Shown in pieces: positions 40,763 through 52,700 of a stretch of DNA of 64,000 nucleotides. A program made the translations under genes and the position numbers. The stretch spans positions 283,053-347,052 of the forward strand of contig NIVC01001075.1 in NCBI GenBank assembly GCA_002269645.1. Direction: 5' to 3'. The stretch comes from Macrostomum lignano (taxonomy: Eukaryota). The first letter of the stretch is position 1. Every line of letters starts with the position of its first letter. Under the pieces are notes generated by a model. The model was given only the letters and a program-made list of their open reading frames with translations. It did not search any database and was not told where the DNA came from.

Positions 40763-43700
40763 AATATGAATACAAGTTGGGTTTTTATAACTTGGACAAC
40801 GGTGAACAGTGAAGAACTTGAAGAAAGCATCATATCATATACGAGTATGAATGGAATATTATGCACACCTCTCCACACAGGAGTCCGACAATCGACTGCC
40901 GACCCTTAACCCAAAGATTCTCTCTCTCCATAGACAGCAGGAGCAGCGGACTCTACATTTACACTTGATTTTATTAGAAACCAGCTAGTGGCCGATAAGA
41001 GCCGTGTATTTGTCGTATCGCCAGCGCCTTTCCGGATTTTTCTCGCCTCTGAACTTGTCTATGGCGGAACCCCATCAGCGCTATCTGGTTTCTCTATACG
41101 TCCTACATCAGTCCTACTACAGTCGACTGTCTCTGCACCCCATGACCGCCTCGCCTCAGCTCCAAAAAAGTTGTTAAGCAGGATTAAGAGGAGGGGCCAA
41201 GCGATGTTTGACAAAAAAGTTTAAGAAGACCTCTTCTTAGCGGCTGATGAAGAGGCAGGTGCAGCTGGGGGCAAAGATGCGGCCCAAAGCCGCACGTCCT
41301 TTTGAGTTGATTTGCAGGGACCACAAGCTAGACAGAGTTTGAGCAGAGTGAGAGGATATGGTTGTCAGATTTGCGGAGATCCGGGAACTTTGAAAAGAAA
41401 TGAGCGATCCAGTTTAAGCTTGCTGGGACGTCTTTTTTCTTAGGGCAGGGGCTGTGTGCATCCTGGCGTACTTAGAGCGACATTGTCGCACAACCGGCGA
41501 GAGGCATTACTGCCCATTCCGCCGACTCCCCTGAGCAGGCACACAAGCGCGCGGATACGTACGCAGTCATACGCACAGGCACACACTCACACAGGAGTGT
41601 ACAGCGGCCCTAACTTTATATTATCGTTAGGCATGTACACTTCACTGCGCCTTGGGGGGAGTTGGCTCTCAAGGCCGTTAATTGCACGAGCAGAGCCAAG
41701 CCGAGATTCCAATTCAGCCCCAAATTAATGAGACTGCACTTGGAATCGAGCCTGGGCCGCTGGCACATGAGAGCGCCGTGTTAGACCACTGGGCTACGGT
41801 GGGCTACGGCCCCTTTTTGAATTTAATTCAACGCTTTGGACATCCAATGAGCAGAGGGGGTTGGGGGGTATGCGAAGCCTTCATCATCGCTTTCACTGTT
41901 ATCGCCCTAGTTTCTTTCTCTATTTGTCCAACATAACTTATGCTGTTAAACAACATTACAATAAGGAGAGAGGACTATAATGCTACTACTTATGGTTACA
42001 ATCAGTAGCATCTCTAGAGTACAAAATATCTCAGTGCAGTGTTTCCTGGCTAGCATCTCTCACCTCTGACTCTCGGTTTATTTGCAGAGCGGAAGAAATA
42101 TTCTCTGTTAAGCTTTCCCACAATATTCACCACCGACAGCGCACTGCAGTCCTTTGAACCCCGTCCCATTCCGGGTGCTTTTGAATCAACAATGGAACTT
42201 GTCAAACACACTCAGACCACTTAAGACTCTCCGGTTATATTGGATTTTCCTCTTTGATAGCATTTGAAAAGTCAATATAGAACCTGTTCAAGAAATTCTG
42301 TTAACTATCTAAATGCAAATTTTCAAGAAAACTATCGGATGCGAAAAGTGCATGGCTCAGTAATAAAATTTAGCGAGAGACAAAGACTTAAAAGCAGCTG
42401 TACCACCGGTGTGAGCCAGGTGCATCCGGGTGTTTCGCGCCACTCCATGCGGTCCAGGTAGATCAGCAGCCTCCTTGGCATCCGAGCCTCCAGCTGGACC
42501 AGCCAAAGCACCTGCATTCGAATGCGGAGCAGTGTGGCCTCCCGTTGTACTCGCTCAATGTCGCCCACTGCCAAGCCGATCTGAAGGCAAATAGGAATGA
42601 ATAACACCTGGGCTGAGTCGTATATGCTCATAATTTAGTTTAATCAGTGAGCTCATTGCCGTTCCGTCACTAATATATCGCTAATTACCTCTAATTAGTA
42701 ATTAAGCTATGTTGGAAACCACTACTCACTCACCTACCGCTAATTACCTGTACATTAGATAAGCTGATAACCGTTACCCCTCTCACCTACCGCTAATTAC
42801 CTGTACATTAGATAAGCTGATAACTGTTACCCCTCTCACCTACCGCTAATTACCTGTACATTAGATGAGCTGATAAATGTTACCCCTCTCACCTACCGCT
42901 AATTACCTGTACATTAGATGAGCTGATAACCGTTACCCCTCTCACCTACCGCTAATTATCTGTAAATTATTTGAGCTGATAACCGTTACCCCTCTCACCT
43001 ACCGCTAATTAGCTTTAAGTTAGTGAGCAAGCCGGTTGCCATCACCTCACCTTTGAATATTTGTCCCTATTCTTGAGTTGAAGAGTTGATAGTTGCATAA
43101 ATTCATTCACCCACCCCAAATTACCTTTACAACATAATCCAATATTGCTATCTCGCTATCTCACGCAAAGTGCCGATATTTAAAGAGCTCAATAGAGATT
43201 ATATTTACACAACTCTTCAGAACAGAACAATAACCTACCAACAGATTAATCAGCAGAATAGGGATCAGAATGATGAAGATAATCAGCAGCAAAATGCTCA
43301 TCCATTCGTGATGATTCGTCCGCGGGTCATTATCCAGCATCTTGCTGGAGAATGTGTGCACAAAGTCGATGTCGCCCATCATCATCATGAGGGTGCGCAG
43401 GATGGCAACTCCCGGACGGCTCCAAGCGTCAAGCTGTGGCTCCCTTGATAGCGGCTCGCTAGAGCTGAACATGGCGGGGTAGCAGGCTGACATCCGGCGG
43501 GTGACGTTGCGCCACCACTGAGACCGGTTCACTTCGGGTTGGATGCCCGCCGAGTCCTGCATGTGGTTTGAGCTGACAATTGAGTACATTCTGGGGCACC
43601 ATGGTTGGAAATTTTGATTCGCAGAACACAGAATTTTTTGCTGCTTTGAAAATTTTGCATTTTGGGTCTCCGACACAGCGTTAAGCTGTGTAGGATCTGT

Positions 43701-46700
43701 CTCTCTGTAGCTCTGTGGAATCTGATAGTCTGTAGCTCTGTGGGATCTGTCTCTCTGTAGCTCTGTGGAATCTGATAGTCTGTAGCTCTGTGGGATCTGT
43801 CTCTCTGTAGCTCTGTGGAATCTGATAGTCTGTAGCTCTGTGGAATCTGATAGTCTGTAGCTCTGTGGGATCTGATAGTCTGTAGCTCTGTGGAATCTGA
43901 TAGTCTGTAGCTCTGTGGAATCTGATAGTCTGTAGCTCTGTGGGATCTGATAGTCTGTAGCTCTGTGGAATCTGATAGTCTGTAGCTCTGTGGGATCTGA
44001 TAGTCTGTAGCTCTGTGGAATCTGATAGTCTGTAGCTCTGTGGGATCTGATAGTCTGTAGCTCTGTGGGATCTGATAGTCTGTAGCTCTGTGGGATCTGA
44101 TAGTCTGTAGCTCTGTGGAATCTGATAGTCTGTAGCTCTGTGGGATCTGATAGTCTGTAGCTCTGTGGAATCTGATAGTCTGTAGCTCTGTGGGATCTGA
44201 TAGTCTGTAGCTCTGTGGGATCTGATAGTCTGTAGCTCTGTGGAATCTGATAGTCTGTAGCTCTGTAGGATCTGATAGTCTGTAGCTCTGTAAGGATCTG
44301 ATAGTCTGTAGCTCTGTGGGATCTGATAGTCTGTAGCTCTGTAGGATCTGATAGTCTGTAGCTCTGTGGGATCTGTCTCTCTGTAGCTCTGTGGAATCTG
44401 ATAGTCTGTAGCTCTGTGGGATCTGTCTCTCTGTAGCTCTGTGGAATCTGATAGTCTGTAGCTCTGTGGAATCTGATAGTCTGTAGCTCTGTGGGATCTG
44501 TCTCTCTGTAGCTCTGTGGAATCTGATAGTCTGTAGCTCTGTGGAATCTGATAGTCTGTAGCTCTGTGGGATCTGATAGTCTGTAGCTCTGTGGAATCTG
44601 ATAGTCTAAAGCTCTGTGGGATCTGATAGTCTGTAGCTCTGTGGGATCTGATAGTCTGTAGCTCTGTGGGATCTGATAGTCTGTAGCTCTGTGGAATCTG
44701 ATAGTTTGTAGCTCTGTAGGATCTGATAGTCTGTAGCTCTGTAAGGATCTGATAGTCTGTAGCTCTGTGGGATCTGATAGTCTGTAGCTCTGTAGGATCT
44801 GATAGTCTGTAGCTCTGTGGGATCTGTCTCTCTGTAGCTCTGTGGAATCTGATAGTCTGTAGCTCTGTGGGATCTGATAGTCTGTAGCTCTGTGGGATCT
44901 GATAGTCTGTAGCTCTGTAGGATCTGATAGTCTGTAGCTCTGTGGGATCTGATAGTCTGTAGCTCTGTAGGATCTGATAGTCTGTAGCTCTGTGGGATCT
45001 GATAGTCTGTAGCTCTGTGGGATCTGATAGTCTGTAGCTCTGTGGGATCTGTCTCTCTGTAGCTCTGTGGGATCTGATAGTCTGTAGCTCTGTGGGATCT
45101 GATAGTCTGTAGCTCTGTGGGATCTGATAGTCTGTAGCTCTGTGGAATCTGATAGTCTGTAGCTCTGTGGGATCTGATAGTCTGTAGCTCTGTGGGATCT
45201 GTCTCTCTGTAGCTCTGTGGGATCTGATAGTCTGTAGCTCTGTGGGATCTGATAGTCTGTAGCTCTGTGGGATCTGATAGTCGGTAGTTTTGTGGAATCT
45301 GATAGTCTGTAGCTCTGTGGGATCTGATAGTCGGTAGTTTTGTGGAATCTGATAGTCTGTAGCTCTGTGGGATCTGATAGTCGGTAGTTTTGTGGAATCT
45401 GATAGTCTGTAGCTCTGTGGGATCTGATAGTCGGTAGTTTTGTGGAATCTGATAGTCTGTAGCTCTGTGGGATCTGATAGTCGGTAGTTTTGTGGAATCT
45501 GATAGTCTGTAGCTCTGTGGGATCTGATAGTCGGTAGTTTTGTGGAATCTGATAGTCTGTAGCTCTGTGGGATCTGATAGTCGGTAGTTTTGTGGAATCT
45601 GACAGAGCCTGAACTTATATGTGATCCGACAGAGCCTGTAGCCTGTGGCATCTGACAAAAACCTGAATTTCTTAATCGAGAAACTTACCGCAAAGGATTG
45701 AATGTAGACCTCGAATGCGTCTGGACCAGTTTTATTACTCTACAAAGACAGTTGCAGCAAAAAACTGAAATCTTCAGGCAAGAAGAGACAAAGAAGGATC
45801 GGCGCATAAAAGTTAATTACTGCCTTACCTGCAGCATGAGGCTGTCCAGAGCAGGTTCTGGATTGTACTGCAGCAAAACATAGAACGCCAATCCGAAACC
45901 GACAATCAGACCAGAGAAGACGAGAATCACACGAAACAATGTCTTTGTGATGCTTAAAAACATGATCACGTAGATACCTGTGAGTTCGTATCTGAAACAT
46001 TATCATGGTACTCGTACGTCTACATCTTTGACTCCTGCCACGATCCTTCTAATCGAATATGTTAGCCTGCCTGTTACTTAGTAATGGCTCCATCCCCTCT
46101 TGTACGATAGAAAGGATTTTCAGTATACTGTAGAACAGGCGTCGACAAACTTCACATGCGGCCCGCTAAGCCTCTCTATCCGGCAGTCGGGTCCTTTGAA
46201 ACTTCACAATAGCAATCCACGGGTTTGTATCTTTTCTCAGCTATCCTCTCTCCCATCCATCTCTTTTCTCTCCTCCCTCTCCCCTTTCCTCTCTCCTCTC
46301 ATCTCTCTCTTCTCATCTCTCCTCCTATCTTCGCTCTCATCTCTTCTATCATCGTATCTCTTATCTCGCCTTTCACCTATCATCTCTTCTCTCATCTTTC
46401 ATCTGCTCTTTCCTCTTTTCTCACTCCTATTCCCTCTTGTTCTCTCATCTTGGCCGTAGCAATGATCTAGACTCTTCATCTGGCTGAAGACCTGTAAGAA
46501 ACGTACTTGTATATTTGTCGCATCGCTAGTGTATTTTGGGATTTTTGTAAACTATGCGCTCCCCTAGTAGAGCATACTAAACTTCAGTTGTCCATGGTAC
46601 AGACTCAGCTCCGCACCTCTGGAAAAACATCACGAAGTTGACCCAGGCCAGCAGCACGGCCGCAGAGCCGGCCTTCCACTGCGGATCGGTGCTATGGCCC

Positions 46701-49700
46701 AGCCAGAATGGAGCAGCGAATGCCAGACTGCAGCAGTGCTGGGCCAGCCACATCAGGTTGGTCGGCTCCACTATGTAGGACAGCTTCTGGCAAAGTGGAG
46801 GGGGTGGGGTTGAACTTGAACTACGAGCTAATTTGTATCATAAGTTCAATTATTCTTCTTGCCTTGCCAGCCCCAGTCACTCCTCTGCCCCCCCCCCGTT
46901 TGATTAACTGAACTTCACACCCTGGGGGTGGGGGTAAGTCTGGAATGTGCATTGTCTGCCCCGCTATACTAATGTACATCAATCCTGCATGCCTGGGCGC
47001 AACCTAGGGATTCACCCGGCCGATTCTATTGGCAACGCACATGTAAGTCGCTATTGGACAGAACAGTAGTCACGTGACTGCTCTCAGCCAATAGCGACTT
47101 ACATGTGTGTGTTGCCAATAGAAACGGCCGGATGATTCCCAAGGTTGCGCATGTATCCTGCACTGATAAGAGTTTATCGGAAAGTCACGTGCTTCGTTGT
47201 ATTTGCAAATCTAACTAATAGCCTATTTTATCGTCATTTCAAGCATTTAAAATTTAACTTTAATTATCCACTCGTAATAAAGCCTACCCATTCGAAAAAA
47301 ACAAATCGTTTCCTTAGCCTTGTACGGGGACCAACCATGCGTCATCAAAAGCACCCCAACAGCAGTAACAACAGCACCCCAACAGCATTAAAAACACCCC
47401 AAACAGCAGTAACAACAGCACCCCAACAGCATTAAAAACACCCCAACAGCAGTAACAACAGCACCCCAACAGCAGTAACAACAGCACCCCAACAGCATTA
47501 ACAACACCCCAACAGCTGTAACAACAGCACCCCAACAGCAGTAACAACAGCACCCCAACAGCATTAACAACATCCCAACAGCTGTAACAACAGCACCCCA
47601 ACAGCAGTAACAACAGCACCCCAACAGCTGTAACAACAGCACCCCAACAGCAGTAACAACAGCACCCCAACAGCATTAACAACATCCCAACAGCTGTAAC
47701 AACAGCACCCCAACAGCAGTAACAACAGCACCCCAACAGCTGTAACAACAGCACCCCAACAGCAGTAACAACAGCACTTTTTCTACCAGACTTAAATATG
47801 CTCAAAAACAAAACGAACCTGTTGGAAAATTTCTATAATCTCTTTCAATAAGTTGACGCCGCTGAAAACGCACACGATGCCAATTGGAATTTGCACCTTC
47901 CACAGGTAGTTCTGTTCTCCCAGCAGGCGAGCAGTCTGAAGCATTTCATCAGAGTTTTGGAGGCAGTTAGGGCACAAAAACCTGAGACCCTCTTCGTCGG
48001 CTTTAAATACGATCGATTTATTAAAATAAAAATTATGATAATTAATTACAAGATACTGGCACTGCTCAGTCAATTCGGTGCCCTCCGTGTGCCGTGTCGA
48101 CGGATGGATGCTAACAAACGTGGTTATCGCCGCCAGGAACAGGATGTACAGTAGCAGGTTGATGTTGTGGAACCAGCAGCCGTATTGCCGCCTATAAGTC
48201 ACGGTTTATCGGTTTATAAATTTTCAATTCTCAATCAGAATTATTTAGCTGCATCGGCCAATAACTGAAGTGCCATTCTTGCTTGTCTGATCTCGCGATA
48301 CAACCCCCCTGGTTCGATTCCGTGAGCGGCTAAAGTTGAAAGTCGTTGAAGACGTTTCGCCACCGGTGCCCACAGCCCTCCTGCAAATATTTTTAAATCG
48401 CTCACCACTTCATTGAGAGATAGGCGGTGCACAGCGGATGCGTCAGCAAGTCAACTTGGTCAAACATCAGCATAGCCTGAAATGAATTCGCACTGAATTA
48501 GTTTTGTTTCAGAGAAACGCCGTCTTGAACAATATCAATATTGTTAAATTGTTATTGAACAATAACACTGACCTGCATAGTCGGCATAAAAACGTAGGAC
48601 CTTTGAATCCTTTTCTCAAGCTGTGGAATCAACTTCGGATGTACTTGCATAATGTCGAAATAATAGACTGTCTGTAACCAATGGAGAGCATTATATGCAC
48701 TATGCGATCAGTTCACTTACGAATACTTTGTCTTTCACTTACTGCATTGTTCTCTTCCGCGATGCATCTGTCCAGCAGTAGCTGAAACATCCCCGGGAAA
48801 AAGAGGGGTTAAGGTTTTCAACTCTTCTCCAAGACCGATGTGACCCCTTTACACCAGTGTCCCATACAGACAAGTGTGATTCCCTACAGACTGGTGTGAT
48901 TCCCTACAGACTGGTGTGATTCCCTACAGACTGGTGTGATTCCCTACAGACTGGTGTGATTCACCACAGACTGGTGTGATTCCCTACAGACTGGAGTGAT
49001 TCCCTACAGATTGGTGTGATTCCCTACAGACTGGTGTGATTCCCTACAGATTGGTGTGATTCCCTACAGAATGGGCATGATTCCCTACAGATTGGTGTGA
49101 TTTCCTACAGATTGGTGTGATTCCCTACAGAATGGGCATGATTCCCTACAGATTGGTGTGATTCCCTACAGACTGGTGTGATTCCCTACAGATTGGTGTG
49201 ATTCCCTACAGACTGGTGTGATTCCCTACAAAATGGAGTGATTCCCTACAGATTAGTGTGATTCCCCACAGACTGGTGTGATTCCCTACAGACTGGAGTG
49301 ATTCCCTACAGACTGGTGTGATTCACCACAGACTGGTGTGATTCACCACAGACTGGTGTGACTTCCTACAGACTGGTGTGATTCCCTACAGACTGGAGTG
49401 ATTCCCTACAGACTGGTGTGATTCACCACAGACTAGTGTGATTCACCACAGACTGGTGTGACTTCCTACAGACTGGTGTGATTCCCTACAGACTGGTGTG
49501 ATTCCCTACAGACTGGTGTGATTCCCTACAGATTGGTGTGATTCCCTACAGAATGGGCATGATTCCCTACAGATTGGTGTGATTTCCTACAGATTGGTGT
49601 GATTCCCTACAGAATGGGCATGATTCCCTACAGATTGGTGTGATTCCCTACAGACTGGTGTGATTCCCTACAGATTGGTGTGATTCCCTACAGACTGGTG

Positions 49701-52700
49701 TGATTCCCTACAGAATGGGCATGATTCCCTACAGACTGGTGTGATTCCCTACAGATTGGTGTGATTCCCTACAGATTGGTGTGATTCCCTACAGACTGGT
49801 GTGATTCCCTACAGACTGGTGTGATTCCCTACAGAATGGGCATGATTCCCTACAGACTGGTGTGATTCCCTACAGATTGGTGTGATTCCCTACAGACTGG
49901 TGGGATTCCCTACAGACTGGTGTGATTCCCTACAGATTGGTGTGATTCCCTACAGACTGGTGTGATTCCCTACAGACTGGTGTGATTCCCTACAGATTGG
50001 TGTGATTCCCTACAGATTGGTGTGATTCCCTACAGAATGGGCATGATTCCCTACAGATTGGTGTGATTCCCTACAGACTGGTGTGATTCCCTACAGACTG
50101 GTGTGATTCCCTACAGACTGGTGTGATTCCCTACAGACTGGTGTGATTCCCTACAGACTGGTGTGATTCCCTACAGAATGGGCATGATTCCTTACAGACT
50201 GGTGTGATTCCCTACAGACTGGAGTGATTCCCTACAGACTGGTGTGATTCCCTACAAACTGGTGTGATTCCCTACAGACTGGTGTGATTCACCACAGACT
50301 GGTGTGACTTCCTACAGACTGGTGTGATTCCCTACAGACTGGTGTGATTCCCTACAGAATGGGCATGATTCCCTACAGATTGGTGTGATTCCCTACAGAA
50401 TGGGCATGATTCCCTACAGATTGGTGTGATTTCCTACAGATTGGTGTGATTCCCTACAGAATGGGCATGATTCCCTACAGATTGGTGTGATTCCCTACAG
50501 ACTGGTGTGATTCCCTACAGATTGGTGTGATTCCCTACAGACTGGTGTGATTCCCTACAGAATGGAGTGATTCCCTACAGATTAGTGTGATTCCCACAGA
50601 CTGGTGTGATTCCCTACAGACTGGAGTGATTCCCTACAGACTGGTGTGATTCACCACAGACTGGTGTGATTCACCACAGACTGGTGTGACTTCCTACAGA
50701 CTGGTGTGATTCCCTACAGACTGGAGTGATTCCCTACAGACTGGTGTGATTCACCACAGACTAGTGTGATTCACCACAGACTGGTGTGACTTCCTACAGA
50801 CTGGTGTGATTCCCTACAGACTGGTGTGATTCCCTACAGACTGGTGTGATTCCCTACAGATTGGTGTGATTCCCTACAGAATGGGCATGATTCCCTACAG
50901 ATTGGTGTGATTTCCTACAGATTGGTGTGATTCCCTACAGAATGGGCATGATTCCCTACAGATTGGTGTGATTCCCTACAGACTGGTGTGATTCCCTACA
51001 GATTGGTGTGATTCCCTACAGACTGGTGTGATTCCCTACAGAATGGGCATGATTCCCTACAGACTGGTGTGATTCCCTACAGATTGGTGTGATTCCCTAC
51101 AGATTGGTGTGATTCCCTACAGACTGGTGTGATTCCCTACAGACTGGTGTGATTCCCTACAGAATGGGCATGATTCCCTACAGACTGGTGTGATTCCCTA
51201 CAGATTGGTGTGATTCCCTACAGACTGGTGGATTCCCTACAGACTGGTGTGATTCCCTACAGATTGGTGTGATTCCCTACAGACTGGTGTGATTCCCTAC
51301 AGACTGGTGTGATTCCCTACAGATTGGTGTGATTCCCTACAGATTGGTGTGATTCCCTACAGAATGGGCATGATTCCCTACAGATTGGTGTGATTCCCTA
51401 CAGACTGGTGTGATTCCCTACAGACTGGTGTGATTCCCTACAGACTGGTGTGATTCCCTACAGACTGGTGTGATTCCCTACAGACTGGTGTGATTCCCTA
51501 CAGAATGGGCATGATTCCTTACAGACTGGTGTGATTCCCTACAGACTGGAGTGATTCCCTACAGACTGGTGTGATTCCCTACAAACTGGTGTGATTCCCT
51601 ACAGACTGGTGTGATTCACCACAGACTGGTGTGACTTCCTACAGACTGGTGTGATTCCCTACAGACTGGTGTGATTCCCTACAGAATGGGCATGATTCCC
51701 TACAGATTGGTGTGATTCCCTACAGAATGGGCATGATTCCCTACAGATTGGTGTGATTTCCTACAGATTGGTGTGATTCCCTACAGAATGGGCATGATTC
51801 CCTACAGATTGGTGTGATTCCCTACAGACTGGTGTGATTCCCTACAGATTGGTGTGATTCCCTACAGACTGGTGTGATTCCCTACAGAATGGAGTGATTC
51901 CCTACAGATTAGTGTGATTCCCACAGACTGGTGTGATTCCCTACAGACTGGAGTGATTCCCTACAGACTGGTGTGATTCACCACAGACTGGTGTGATTCA
52001 CCACAGACTGGTGTGACTTCCTACAGACTGGTGTGATTCCCTACAGACTGGAGTGATTCCCTACAGACTGGTGTGATTCACCACAGACTAGTGTGATTCA
52101 CCACAGACTGGTGTGACTTCCTACAGACTGGTGTGATTCCCTACAGACTGGTGTGATTCCCTACAGACTGGTGTGATTCCCTACAGATTGGTGTGATTCC
52201 CTACAGAATGGGCATGATTCCCTACAGATTGGTGTGATTTCCTACAGATTGGTGTGATTCCCTACAGAATGGGCATGATTCCCTACAGATTGGTGTGATT
52301 CCCTACAGACTGGTGTGATTCCCTACAGATTGGTGTGATTCCCTACAGACTGGTGTGATTCCCTACAGAATGGGCATGATTCCCTACAGACTGGTGTGAT
52401 TCCCTACAGATTGGTGTGATTCCCTACAGATTGGTGTGATTCCCTACAGACTGGTGTGATTCCCTACAGACTGGTGTGATTCCCTACAGAATGGGCATGA
52501 TTCCCTACAGACTGGTGTGATTCCCTACAGATTGGTGTGATTCCCTACAGACTGGTGGATTCCCTACAGACTGGTGTGATTCCCTACAGATTGGTGTGAT
52601 TCCCTACAGACTGGTGTGATTCCCTACAGACTGGTGTGATTCCCTACAGATTGGTGTGATTCCCTACAGATTGGTGTGATTCCCTACAGAATGGGCATGA

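Noticed and set aside
41240-41300. Hammerhead ribozyme (CTGATGA core)
   Set aside because: I could not find stem II followed by GAAA or the flanking stems.
43681-45658. 656-aa and 350-aa ORFs
   Set aside because: 25-aa periodicity from the 25-bp satellite; lies within a TRPA intron.
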